Source of the DNA: a virus
Strand: one strand, 5' to 3'
Length of the DNA: 64,000 nucleotides
IMG/VR virus record: IMGVR_UViG_3300031452_000005
The position numbers and the translations under genes were made by a program. Position 1 is the first letter of the stretch. Each line of letters starts with the position of its first letter. The notes below the pieces were generated by a model. It did no database searches. It had not been told where the DNA came from and saw only the letters and a list, made by a program, of their open reading frames with translations. Positions 55,497-64,000 of the stretch are shown piece by piece.

Positions 55497-56318
55497 ATGA
55501 ACATTTCTCTCGTTAATCTCTGGGTTTTAGTAAGCCAACTGTATGCATCGACTGATGATGGGCAACCACCAGAGGATGCCTATTTACAGTGTGGACCTGG
55601 TTGCGTGACGATGATTGAGCGGTTTTTATTCGGGCCGGGGCCTGCACTGGTATCTCCCGATACCGTGAAGGACCGCATCCTCAGCCAAGGGGCGATTGGG
55701 GTAACGTTCCTCTGGCAGTTATCTGACTATCTACTCAAACAGGGGATTCCAAACCACTGGTGGGTCGGCCATGGCATCGGCTCCGTCGAGGACCGCCGCG
55801 CCTATCGCGATGCGCTCGCCCTCAGTCACCCTAACATCGCGCTCTATTTCTGGGACGTATCGGCACAGTCCGGCGGCCACTTTTGCAATGTCGTCGCCGA
55901 CGATGACGCGGGCACGAGTGTGCGCGCGAATCCCTGGACGGACACCTTCGAGACGTACGACGCCGCGTGGTGGGCACAAGCGTACCAGGGTTGCGGTCTC
56001 ATTGTGGACATTGACCCCGCGACGTTCCGCGCCCAGAAAGGGCTGACGCCGCCGCCGCCCGCACCCTCGTCGCCGCCCATCACGCCAAAGCCAGTGCCGA
56101 CACCCAAACCGGCGCCGACGCCGAACGTTCATTTTCGCATGCTGTTTGACGGAGCGCTTCACAGCCGTCCCGCTGATCACGCGCCCCTTACCACGCATGT
56201 CAAGAAGGGCGACATCCTGACGGCCGTCACGGGCGAAAGCAGCCCCTGGTGTTCGGTCCGCACGGCGCATGGGGTGTGGGGTTGGAACCGTGCATCGTCG
56301 TATACTATTGTTAAGTAG
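55497..56318 (+). CDS. C39-like cysteine peptidase + Pro linker + SH3b-like domain
   Basis: QCGPGC...GHF.NV...NPW catalytic pattern; C-terminal PWCSVRT...WGW. Confidence 0.7.
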   Translation: MNISLVNLWVLVSQLYASTDDGQPPEDAYLQCGPGCVTMIERFLFGPGPALVSPDTVKDRILSQGAIGVTFLWQLSDYLLKQGIPNHWWVGHGIGSVEDRRAYRDALALSHPNIALYFWDVSAQSGGHFCNVVADDDAGTSVRANPWTDTFETYDAAWWAQAYQGCGLIVDIDPATFRAQKGLTPPPPAPSSPPITPKPVPTPKPAPTPNVHFRMLFDGALHSRPADHAPLTTHVKKGDILTAVTGESSPWCSVRTAHGVWGWNRASSYTIVK

Positions 56319-56386
56319 GACTATCCTTATTAAGTAGACTGCATGGGCGCCTTGTGGCGCGTGTAACTTAACAGAAAGGCGCGACC

Positions 56387-57616
56387 ATGCCCCTCAGAGT
56401 TCTGATCGCGCTTGGCGCGTTCGTCGTGATCTTCGCGCTCTCCGTGGCGCTCCATGCCCTCGTGCTGCACACGCGTCACCCGCGCCCCGTCTTCCACGCC
56501 ATTCGACGTTCACCCTGGCATCTGCCGCACAGCATGATTATTGCCGTCCTCCTCATCAATCCGATCCTGCTGGCAGGCGTCGCATTGTTCGTGGCGCGCT
56601 ATGGCGGCGGCGCGCTCACGCCACACCCCGCGGTCGTGCGCCTCGCGGGTGGCGGCTATGACCGCAACCTTCAACAGTACGCGCCCCCAGCCCCAAATCA
56701 GTCGACCACGTTATCGTGCAGCGGTTGGGCCGTGACCACATCGCTTTGGATCGAAGCGCGCGAACGGGGCGATGCGCCGCCCTTCGCGGGTTACAGCGGC
56801 TTTTACCCCTATGGCATCGCTACGGGTGGCGTCAACGAGATCCGCACCTTTGCCCAGACGGCCCTGGCAGCGGCGCGCTATGGCTCCGTCAGTCGTGCGA
56901 CCTGGCCCTATGCGGGCTACCCGCCCTACAGCGTGCAAGCACATGCGCGTGAGCAGGGCGCGTCCTACCGCTTCCTTGACGGCAGTTTAGGGCAGGCCGA
57001 ACGCGCCGTCGATGAGGGATATGCGCCCGTGCTGTTGATCAATGTCCGAGACGGATTTTACAATGCTTTCTCAACGCCAAACTTCGACAATAGTGGATTT
57101 TTTCACTACACACATTTTGTGAGTATGTTAGATTACCGCGCCGATGGATCGGTGCTCATCGCTAATTGGTATGGCTCTGGATGGGGCATCAATGGTTTCG
57201 CCTGGATGTCGCCACGTTCATGGTCGCAGGTGCTCCAGGTCGGCATTGTCGCGCCCGGAGCGCTGGCGTGGCCTGTCGTCAAACCAATCACGCCGCTGCC
57301 CCGTGTGAAGCTCACCGCTCGCCCCATCGTCAAGCCGCGTCCTATCGTCAAGTCGCGTCCTACGCCCAAGCCGGTCACGCCCCACAAGAAGCCCGTCACG
57401 CCCCACAAGAAGCCCGTTGCGCGCGTGCTGTACACGTTGCGCGCCACGCACGCGCTGCGCAATGCGCCCTTCGGTGGTAGCCGTCATTTGGCGACGATGC
57501 TCAAGGGTTGGCAAGTGCGCGGAACAGGCCAGGTCGTGCATGGCTGGCGCAGGGTTGTCGAATTGTCGCGTAAGCATATCGTCGGCTGGGCCTATACGAG
57601 TTGGCTCAGGCCGTAG
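56387..57616 (+). CDS. papain-like C1 peptidase with N-terminal membrane segments and SH3b-like domain
   Basis: NQ....SCSGWA, WPY, HFVSMLDY, IANWYGSGWGINGFAWM; KPVTPHK linker repeats. Confidence 0.8.
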   Translation: MPLRVLIALGAFVVIFALSVALHALVLHTRHPRPVFHAIRRSPWHLPHSMIIAVLLINPILLAGVALFVARYGGGALTPHPAVVRLAGGGYDRNLQQYAPPAPNQSTTLSCSGWAVTTSLWIEARERGDAPPFAGYSGFYPYGIATGGVNEIRTFAQTALAAARYGSVSRATWPYAGYPPYSVQAHAREQGASYRFLDGSLGQAERAVDEGYAPVLLINVRDGFYNAFSTPNFDNSGFFHYTHFVSMLDYRADGSVLIANWYGSGWGINGFAWMSPRSWSQVLQVGIVAPGALAWPVVKPITPLPRVKLTARPIVKPRPIVKSRPTPKPVTPHKKPVTPHKKPVARVLYTLRATHALRNAPFGGSRHLATMLKGWQVRGTGQVVHGWRRVVELSRKHIVGWAYTSWLRP

Positions 57617-57633
57617 TACTTCGAGGAGCATCC

Positions 57634-58479
57634 ATGTCCACGACACCCAACCCCACACCGGCTCCGGTGCCCACGCCGACCACATACACGCCGACCATCG
57701 CTACACCATCTATTGCGAGTGCACCTGTCGCGCCCGTCGTCGTGTCGGCGCCGATCCCCCCCGTCGCGCCGACGCCGGCGGCGTTGCCCACGTCCACGCC
57801 GGTCGTCGCCCTGTACAACAAGTCGACGGTGGTGGCCGATAGCGAGATAGCGGCCGTAGCCGCCGCTCTCCAAGTGCAGGTAGACCGGGATTTTGGTCCC
57901 CTGTGGAAGTGCGCCGCTGAGATTGTAGCTGTGCCTTCGATAGGGACGCCGCCGCCCCACGCCTGGGTCATGGAGATCGCCGACGACGCGCCCGCAAACA
58001 TGCCGGGGGTATTAGGATTCCACGACACGGCGGCCGACGATACGCCCGAAGGCTTCGACTTTGCCGGGACCGACAAGAAGTACGGCCAGTCGTACACGCT
58101 CACGGCCAGCCACGAGCTTGTGGAACTGCTCGCAGACCAGTGGGCCATATCGTGTTGCTTCGTGCAGACGAGCGACACGGCCGGCCTCCTCTATCCGATA
58201 GAAACGGCCGATCCGGTGGAGGGCGCCGACGCGGGCTACCTCATCGACAATGTTTTGGTGTCGGATTTTGTGACGCCCGCATGGTTCGACAATCAACTGG
58301 CGCCAGGGTCCGCGAAGTTCGACTTTTGTGGACACTTAACCAAACCGCTAGAGGTCATGCAGGGCGGCTATGTGAGCGTGTTCCAAGTCCTGACTGGATC
58401 AGGATGGACGCAGCGAAACAGCATGGAAGTCATTGGGAAAGCACCCGACTACAACGACGACCCGCGCCATCGTCGCTAA
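57634..58479 (+). CDS. zincin-like metalloprotease candidate
   Basis: LGFH...TASHELVE...ETADPVE...VSDFVTPAWF; Pro/Thr-rich N-terminus. Confidence 0.55.
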   Translation: MSTTPNPTPAPVPTPTTYTPTIATPSIASAPVAPVVVSAPIPPVAPTPAALPTSTPVVALYNKSTVVADSEIAAVAAALQVQVDRDFGPLWKCAAEIVAVPSIGTPPPHAWVMEIADDAPANMPGVLGFHDTAADDTPEGFDFAGTDKKYGQSYTLTASHELVELLADQWAISCCFVQTSDTAGLLYPIETADPVEGADAGYLIDNVLVSDFVTPAWFDNQLAPGSAKFDFCGHLTKPLEVMQGGYVSVFQVLTGSGWTQRNSMEVIGKAPDYNDDPRHRR

Positions 58480-58498
58480 ACACGTTGCGCGCCATATC

Positions 58499-58537
58499 AA
58501 AATCCCGGCTACTCGCATGAGTAGCCGGGATTTTTTT
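58499..58537. terminator. bidirectional intrinsic terminator
   Basis: AAAATCCCGGCTACTC-GCAT-GAGTAGCCGGGATTTTTTT at the convergence of + and - gene blocks. Confidence 0.9.
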
Positions 58538-58559
58538 GCGTTCAAGAAGATCTTACTCC

Positions 58560-58748
58560 TTAGCGCACTACATTCCTGCGTTCCACCGCCGCGAACAACA
58601 AAATCAGCACGCCACTCCCCAGGTATGGCTGTCCAAGGTGCGCCAGCACGGCCAGTATAACTCCAAGCCCGGTCGTGCCCATGATGCATCGACGATAGCG
58701 TCGCCAGAGGTGAACGCGACGTGGTTGCCATAGCTCAACTTTGTTCAT
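58560..58748 (-). CDS. small two-helix membrane protein
   Basis: Hydrophobic C-terminal half; ends just before the terminator. Confidence 0.45.
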   Translation of the reverse strand: MNKVELWQPRRVHLWRRYRRCIMGTTGLGVILAVLAHLGQPYLGSGVLILLFAAVERRNVVR

Positions 58749-58776
58749 AGCCCTCCCCCCTTGCGGCTAAGCGGCA

Positions 58777-59049
58777 TTAACGGCTAGCCATCTGGTGTTC
58801 TATAGTCGCCGGATCGACATGCAGCATCTCGCATAGGGCATATTCAGATTCCGTCAATCCCGGGATATGCAAGGTATCCTTTATCCATCGCTCATGTTTA
58901 ATCTTGCCGGCTATATCCGTCAACGCGATATGACAAGGGATGCACATCAACCACACACGTCCTGCTAGGCTGCGATCCCCCGTGATAGTGTGCAACTTGA
59001 CATTAGGAACGCTGCACAGTTCACATGTACCAAGAGTATTGCTTTGCAT
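58777..59049 (-). CDS. CxxC...CxxC hypothetical protein
   Basis: CELC and CIPC; start uncertain. Confidence 0.45.
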   Translation of the reverse strand: MQSNTLGTCELCSVPNVKLHTITGDRSLAGRVWLMCIPCHIALTDIAGKIKHERWIKDTLHIPGLTESEYALCEMLHVDPATIEHQMASR

Positions 59050-59225
59050 GCCGTCAGTTCGCACGATGCGTGACAATCTTGGCAGATCAAAGATACATCG
59101 CCCCACGCGCCGCTCGTTGCCGAGAATCCCAACGTATCATCAACGATGACAACCTTGCTGCCACACGCATCACAGATGATGGTGAAGCCGGGATGCGTCT
59201 TCTTTGCTTCTTGTTCGTCTATCAT
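58965..59225 (-). CDS. zinc-ribbon hypothetical protein
   Basis: CDAC and CQDC; 3' end overlaps neighbour. Confidence 0.45.
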   Translation of the reverse strand: MIDEQEAKKTHPGFTIICDACGSKVVIVDDTLGFSATSGAWGDVSLICQDCHASCELTACKAILLVHVNCAAFLMSSCTLSRGIAA

Positions 59226-59236
59226 GTCCCCTGATC

Positions 59237-59389
59237 CTATTTACACCCGTCGCGCGGCCCAACGTTGACCACGCATGGCGTCTGGTGCGAGTGGGCGTCC
59301 CAATAGACCACAGCGCCGGCCATAAGACCAACGGCGATAAGCAGGAAAGCCAACGCGCATATTGCCGCGATGATATATTCCTTATCCAC
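59237..59389 (-). CDS. small membrane protein (50 aa)
   Basis: Read manually: VDKEYIIAAICALAFLLIAVGLMAGAVVYW... Confidence 0.45.
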   Translation of the reverse strand: MDKEYIIAAICALAFLLIAVGLMAGAVVYWDAHSHQTPCVVNVGPRDGCK

Positions 59390-59408
59390 GTTCGCTACGC
59401 CTCCGCAC

Positions 59409-59828
59409 CTATCCAATCAAAGCACTGAGCGCGCCCTCGATAGATGCGATTTTAGTTTGCGTCGCGCTCAAGTCGGCCTCAACCCTAGCGCGTTCGTTAT
59501 ACATCCCACGCAAGAGCGTTTGCAGCAACAGCGACAAAGATGGCCGATCCGCGTCGGGTTTGGGCGTGCGATTGTTCGCCCATCGCTGACGCGCCGCTTT
59601 GCTAGCCCGCGCGGCACGCTGCTCACTTGTCATTTTAGCTGTGGCGATAGCGACGGCGGTGCGGGTACCGTCGCGTAGGCGCGTACGCTGCTCCTCGGTA
59701 AGCGCCACCCCGCGTACCAGTCGCGACACATGGCTGGGATGCGTGTGTAGTTGCTCCGCTATTTCAGCCAGCGATAAGCCCTCGCTCCTCAACAATCTCG
59801 CTTGTTCGCGCAACGGTGATTGGCGCAT
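59409..59828 (-). CDS. HTH DNA-binding protein
   Basis: ARLLRSEGLSLAEIAEQLHTHPSHVSRLVR. Confidence 0.7.
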   Translation of the reverse strand: MRQSPLREQARLLRSEGLSLAEIAEQLHTHPSHVSRLVRGVALTEEQRTRLRDGTRTAVAIATAKMTSEQRAARASKAARQRWANNRTPKPDADRPSLSLLLQTLLRGMYNERARVEADLSATQTKIASIEGALSALIG

Positions 59829-59844
59829 GTCATCTAAGCCTCGT

Positions 59845-60024
59845 TTAGCCTTCATCGGCCCTAAGTGTTAATGGCGCCAGTTCGGCCATAAGGTGGTTGT
59901 GACAGTCCCCACATATAACGTACTTGCGATAGAAGTTGTCGGGCGTCATCAACACGACTTCGTGCTGCGTCCCGTGCTCCACTTCTTTCCCGCATCGACC
60001 GCATTGCCACATCCAAATAGACAT
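59845..60024 (-). CDS. small zinc-finger protein (59 aa)
   Basis: Read manually: CGRC...CGDC. Confidence 0.55.
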   Translation of the reverse strand: MSIWMWQCGRCGKEVEHGTQHEVVLMTPDNFYRKYVICGDCHNHLMAELAPLTLRADEG

Positions 60025-60042
60025 GCACTCTACTCCCTAACA

Positions 60043-60345
60043 TTAATCATTGTCGCGAATCATGCGTTCAATATCACTATCCGTGAACGTAATTCTGGGT
60101 TTCCACTGAGGAAAAGACATGCGTCGTTCGCTGTCAAGGTCGTTTGTTAGCGTGATATTGGCCTTGCCGAGCATGGATGTGATGCGACGCGCGGTTATAT
60201 CCGTTAATGTAACCTGCGCTTGCGCTCGCTGCTGCACGGTATCGTCAGGGTGCGCTCGCGTGTAATTCATGGCGTCAACCCATAACTCGTCAAGCGCGCA
60301 CTGTATCTCATCGCTAATTCGCTTACTCATCCCTAGCATTTTCAT
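60043..60345 (-). CDS. hypothetical protein
   Basis: GGAGA RBS; 100 aa. Confidence 0.5.
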   Translation of the reverse strand: MKMLGMSKRISDEIQCALDELWVDAMNYTRAHPDDTVQQRAQAQVTLTDITARRITSMLGKANITLTNDLDSERRMSFPQWKPRITFTDSDIERMIRDND

Positions 60346-60374
60346 CTCCTATGTTGGCTAAGACTTCGTATCAC

Positions 60375-60623
60375 TCACCCCGAGATGCGTTCCAATCGCA
60401 GCAATTCTATCGTCTCGCCGCACTCCATGTCGGGGAAGTCCGAGTCACAGTGGCGCGCGATAAACAGACTCCTGTTGCAGTCACATCCGTAGTTGCCATT
60501 GGTGTACTGGTACTCAGCCATACGGGCGTCCTCAAACGCGTCCTCATACGAGTAGGTGACGCCGTTATAGCGTAGCCATACGCGCACGATGTAGGTGTAC
60601 GGTGCCCGCTCAAAGTTGATCAT
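60375..60623 (-). CDS. hypothetical phage protein
   Basis: GNYGCDCNRSLF Cys motif; GGGGGA RBS. Confidence 0.6.
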   Translation of the reverse strand: MINFERAPYTYIVRVWLRYNGVTYSYEDAFEDARMAEYQYTNGNYGCDCNRSLFIARHCDSDFPDMECGETIELLRLERISG

Positions 60624-60647
60624 AGTTGTCCCCCTGAGTGCTAAGGT

Positions 60648-60863
60648 TCATTGTCCATCTAATTTTACGATCTCGCCGAGCGGTGGCGGCGTATGCGTTT
60701 GCCACTCAGCAACGCCTACGATATCGCGTTCGTGGACCTTCAAGACGATCCCCATCCCAGTATCTATGACACGATACCATCCAGGCCCTTCCAATTCAGC
60801 CACCACGGCGTAGGGCGTGGAATCGTCGCGGAGTAGGACACGCTGGTTAATCTGATAGGTCAT
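60648..60863 (-). CDS. hypothetical SH3/KOW-like small protein
   Basis: YQINQRVLL...AVVAE...WYRV...KVHERDI. Confidence 0.45.
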   Translation of the reverse strand: MTYQINQRVLLRDDSTPYAVVAELEGPGWYRVIDTGMGIVLKVHERDIVGVAEWQTHTPPPLGEIVKLDGQ

Positions 60864-61126
60864 GACGCCAACCACCACGTACGCGCCACTGTACGCCCAT
60901 GAGATAAACAGTACGACTTGCCGGCAACCACCGTCAGCTCGTCGCCTCTAAAGTAGTGGCCGCACGTCGCGCACGCCGACTCAATCACGGCGCCCCCTTT
61001 ATCGGCCGTTTCCTCGTCAGCATCCGGCCACATTTCAGCGCAGTCCGGGCACATCCAGCCACCCATCGTCGGGATGATGCCGTTTTCTTTGCCACAGCCG
61101 ACGCAATCTCTCACCAGTGCCATTTC
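60860..61126 (-). CDS. multi-CxxC zinc-finger protein
   Basis: CVGC, CPDC, CATC, CLSH. Confidence 0.55.
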   Translation of the reverse strand, partial: EMALVRDCVGCGKENGIIPTMGGWMCPDCAEMWPDADEETADKGGAVIESACATCGHYFRGDELTVVAGKSYCLSHGRTVARTWWLAS

Positions 61127-61128
61127 CA

Positions 61129-61347
61129 CTACTCCCCGTTTGTACTCCGTTGGCACTCGTACACGAGCATGAACCCTGTCACGTCATCGTCTTGCTTGTA
61201 CATAGTGCCCATGCATCCTGAATTGCGGCACCGACAACGCACTTCCCCGAAGTTTGTCTCCTTGTCTCGATAGGTTCGATCACGACTATAGTTACCGGGA
61301 TCATGGCCCATCAATTGGGCTTTCCTCTTAGCCTCTGCTGGTTTCAT
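61129..61347 (-). CDS. Cys-containing hypothetical protein
   Basis: CRCRNSGC; GGGGAG RBS. Confidence 0.5.
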   Translation of the reverse strand: MKPAEAKRKAQLMGHDPGNYSRDRTYRDKETNFGEVRCRCRNSGCMGTMYKQDDDVTGFMLVYECQRSTNGE

Positions 61348-61555
61348 GGATACTCCCCTGTCGCTCAATTCCTAATCGCCGCCGCAACTCACCCAACTCT
61401 AGACGCGAGCGCACGACATGTGTATCACCCGTTTCAGCATCTTTGAGAATGACATAGTATGTATGGCCCTTGCGCGTATCCCCGCTGCTGTCGATAGACA
61501 ACCGCACGTCTGTTTTCAATTCGCGCTTTAGATCAAGCAGTGTAGCGTATTGCAT
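61328..61555 (-). CDS. hypothetical protein
   Basis: 75 aa; GGGAAG RBS. Confidence 0.5.
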   Translation of the reverse strand: MQYATLLDLKRELKTDVRLSIDSSGDTRKGHTYYVILKDAETGDTHVVRSRLELGELRRRLGIERQGSIHETSRG

Positions 61556-61580
61556 GTTCTCTATCTTCCCTTAGCGTTCT

Positions 61581-61769
61581 TTACGCGCTGCCGTAGTTAC
61601 GGTCAGCCCTGTCAAACAAGCGGTCCTTGATAGCCTCAATTTCCCGCTCGATCTTGCGACGCTCATCCCCGTCGATGTTGTGGTAGCGATCTAGGAAACG
61701 CCCAGCATAGTCGTTGATGGCATCTCCTGCTACGCACAAGGCGATCAAGCGCGCATCCTTTCTGTTCAT
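61581..61769 (-). CDS. hypothetical protein
   Basis: 62 aa; GGGAG RBS. Confidence 0.5.
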   Translation of the reverse strand: MNRKDARLIALCVAGDAINDYAGRFLDRYHNIDGDERRKIEREIEAIKDRLFDRADRNYGSA

Positions 61770-61809
61770 GCTTGCTCCCGCTGATACTTACACATGCCAT
61801 ACATATCAT

Positions 61810-62046
61810 CTACGGCCACGAGGCTTCCAGCCAATCAATGTACTCGCGCACCTCATTCCATGCACAGGCGCGACCTTCCTCCCACATCCAGAGGGGGTCT
61901 TTGGCGCGTTGATCTGGCGAGAGGTTGAGACTATCGCGCTTGGATGCCGCGATACGCGCCTGATCCTCAACGCGGTGCCTGAAACTCTGCCAGTTGCTTT
62001 TGTCTAGCGTGATGCTCAGGCCCGTTTCCGTTGCCATGCGTCTCAT
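61810..62046 (-). CDS. hypothetical protein
   Basis: 78 aa; AAGGAG RBS. Confidence 0.5.
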   Translation of the reverse strand: MRRMATETGLSITLDKSNWQSFRHRVEDQARIAASKRDSLNLSPDQRAKDPLWMWEEGRACAWNEVREYIDWLEASWP

Positions 62047-62070
62047 CTCCTTGCCCGTCGATCATCACCC

Positions 62071-62280
62071 TTAGTGGCGGGCTTTGATCCGTTCGACACC
62101 TGCATTTACACGTTCGCGCATGAGTAGGTACAACTCAATAGCGGCCGTCATGTCATCTTCCAGTTCGTGCGCTTCCTCAAAGTTGACGTGATGCTCTTGG
62201 ATGAACCACTCGCTGAGAGGCACGGCACCATCCTCTAGCGCCTCTTTGGCTTGCTCCAATAGGAATGTACGCCTATCCAT
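62071..62280 (-). CDS. hypothetical acidic protein
   Basis: 69 aa; GAGG RBS. Confidence 0.55.
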   Translation of the reverse strand: MDRRTFLLEQAKEALEDGAVPLSEWFIQEHHVNFEEAHELEDDMTAAIELYLLMRERVNAGVERIKARH

Positions 62281-62336
62281 ATCTACCTCACTGCAAGACT
62301 ATTACAATCTCCTTGATTGACTATCTCGCATGTCTA

Positions 62337-62744
62337 TCATAGACCGGCTGTGTTCTCTGCCATCACGCGTACTGCAATAGCCGCCGCTGTCGGTGGCCTT
62401 ACCATCCCTCGATCTGTCATGATGGCTACAAGGGCCTCCAGGTCGCTCACCGTCGCATCCTTGCTCCACTCAAACGAGTCGATGATACCAATGAGGTCGT
62501 GGCGGCGCTTCTCGCGCAAGCCTTCTTCGTACATGTGCTGTACGTGGTCATTCCATGGGACAACGCGCGTCGGAGTCCACGAATCGCCATGGCCCAAAAG
62601 CCGCCCGTCGAGCTTGAATTGTTCGCCGTTGTCAAGGGTGATACGCGTCTTGGCAACCTTCATCACAGTGGCCGGCGTTATCACTGAAGGGCCACTGTAA
62701 CTGTGCGGGACGATGCCAACCTTCTGCCCCTCGTGCCATTCCAT
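62337..62744 (-). CDS. hypothetical protein (beta-barrel-like N-terminus)
   Basis: GGAGA RBS before ATG 62744. Confidence 0.55.
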   Translation of the reverse strand: MEWHEGQKVGIVPHSYSGPSVITPATVMKVAKTRITLDNGEQFKLDGRLLGHGDSWTPTRVVPWNDHVQHMYEEGLREKRRHDLIGIIDSFEWSKDATVSDLEALVAIMTDRGMVRPPTAAAIAVRVMAENTAGL

Positions 62745-62761
62745 CACTAATTCTCCATGTC

Positions 62762-62935
62762 TTACGTAGCTTTGCGCCGAGCCTGGCGCCGTTTGCCTGT
62801 CTTGATGATGATGGAATAGGTCTTGCGCCACAGCAGGAATTGGATCTGCATCGTTTCGCCCTGACTGCACACCTCGACGCCCAATTTGCGCCACTGCCGG
62901 ACGTGCGTGTAGTAGTACGTTTCGTGGATGTACAT
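62762..62935 (-). CDS. small basic protein (57 aa)
   Basis: Read manually; TGATG overlap with upstream stop. Confidence 0.45.
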   Translation of the reverse strand: MYIHETYYYTHVRQWRKLGVEVCSQGETMQIQFLLWRKTYSIIIKTGKRRQARRKAT

Positions 62936-63222
62936 CAACGGTCGCCAATCTTGGTCGTGCTATACAGCCAGTGTTGCGTCCCGCCCTCTTCGCTCACGCG
63001 CACAAGTTCGCCTATCTCGACAAGCCTATCCACCGCGGCCAGCATCGTCCATGTATCGGCCCCACCAGCCAGCGTGACGGTCGCGCCCATGAGTCTGCCC
63101 AGGCTGAAAGCGCCGGCACTCTTGATGAGGTCGCGGCTTGCGTCACGCGTCGCCATGAGAATGCGTTGCCCGTTGTCCGTGAACAGGTTAGGCTTCTCTG
63201 TTTCGTAGTCGTATGCCATCAC
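62935..63222 (-). CDS. hypothetical phage protein
   Basis: 95 aa; AAGGAG RBS. Confidence 0.55.
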   Translation of the reverse strand: MMAYDYETEKPNLFTDNGQRILMATRDASRDLIKSAGAFSLGRLMGATVTLAGGADTWTMLAAVDRLVEIGELVRVSEEGGTQHWLYSTTKIGDR

Positions 63223-63224
63223 CC

Positions 63225-63605
63225 TTACTCCTTCGTTCCCTCATCCGCAAGCGCCTCCCAAGCCTCTGCACGATAGGCGGGATTGGAATAGAACGCGGAT
63301 TCTACATCCCAGTCAAATCCCGACTCGTATTCCTCACGATCTTCATAGCCTTCGGGCAGGTCTGTTGACAGAGCGTCGTTCCCGTTTTCCGTTAAGGTCA
63401 AGACATCGACGCCTAGAGCGTCGGCAATACCCGCAACTGTCCTGTAACCTGGTACACGGCAACCATCTTCCCAACGTGCAATGTCTGCTTGTGTCCTGTG
63501 TATGCATGCGGCAAGTTCCTCCTGAGTGATGCCCCGCTTAACACGTAGCACACGAAGGCGTCGGGCGAACACTGCTGGATCTGCCATCCATACTATCGCC
63601 GCCAT
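63225..63605 (-). CDS. XRE/Cro-C1 family HTH regulator
   Basis: RLRVLRVKRGITQEELAACI...IARWEDG.RVP....IADALGV. Confidence 0.85.
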   Translation of the reverse strand: MAAIVWMADPAVFARRLRVLRVKRGITQEELAACIHRTQADIARWEDGCRVPGYRTVAGIADALGVDVLTLTENGNDALSTDLPEGYEDREEYESGFDWDVESAFYSNPAYRAEAWEALADEGTKE

Positions 63606-63608
63606 CGT

Positions 63609-63887
63609 CTAGCCCTCCTGTCCGCTATGGTGTGGAGCCTTGGGTAGCGCCGCCGCTGTTTCCTTCGTCAGCAGGTAGGCCAGCACGAGCAGATCGCCCG
63701 AACGGCGTGTGAAAATCGCATAGGGCACGCGCAACAGGCCGGCCGGTTCAGTCCAACCTGCGAACGTGCCGCGCGTGAAATGCTCCTTCTCGTCCGTCAT
63801 GCTCTTGAACGTGTAGCGCGTGGCTGTGGCCGTCCCTGTGGGTTCTGCCGCTATCTTTGCCTTCATGCTATCCATCTCCCCTCGCAC
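63609..63887 (-). CDS. hypothetical protein
   Basis: 92 aa; start uncertain (63887 or 63866). Confidence 0.5.
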   Translation of the reverse strand: MRGEMDSMKAKIAAEPTGTATATRYTFKSMTDEKEHFTRGTFAGWTEPAGLLRVPYAIFTRRSGDLLVLAYLLTKETAAALPKAPHHSGQEG

Positions 63888-64000
63888 ATCACTAACCGCC
63901 TACCACGGCGTTCTCAATTTCTTCGGCCAGGAGTCCCCTGCCTTTAGGCATGGGGAGGAATGGCCGTCCTTATCGCAGTCTTCATCAGACGTGGAAATAA

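Noticed and set aside
63932-63958. Hairpin CCCCTGCC-TTTA-GGCATGGGG near the window end as a terminator
   Set aside because: No U-tract on either side and upstream context is cut off
1-64000. Integrase, att site, transposase, rRNA, recoded stop codons
   Set aside because: No recombinase or transposase motifs or rRNA sequence seen; long genes translate fully in the standard bacterial code

Overview
The window is a segment of a GC-rich tailed phage or prophage with a contractile (myovirus-type) tail. Bases 1-58.5 kb are a rightward late operon. It runs from head-tail connector genes through sheath, tube, chaperone, tape measure, baseplate and fibres to large accessory virion proteins and lysis/envelope hydrolases. 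It ends at a bidirectional terminator (58499-58537), which also receives a leftward cluster of small early-type genes. The tail tube gene is split by a 290-nt group I intron whose splice sites can be read from the sequence, and the chaperone uses a -1 frameshift. Six free-standing homing endonuclease genes (3 HNH, 2 GIY-YIG, 1 GIY-YIG+HNH hybrid) are inserted antisense; five have their own TGGTATAAT promoter and structured leader. Other notable content: a 1684-aa protein whose repeat half-domains are nested like balanced parentheses, a signal-anchored two-catalytic-domain glycosidase (GH5 plus a second clan-A domain), a kinase-less membrane PAS sensor with a receiver fragment, three different enzymes sharing a Pro-linker-SH3 tail, a GH20, a Pth2-like module, and an inserted regulatory cassette behind the tape measure gene. 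All protein family calls come from motif recognition by eye; no database search was run. No integrase, capsid, terminase, replication gene, CRISPR array or complete tRNA was seen.
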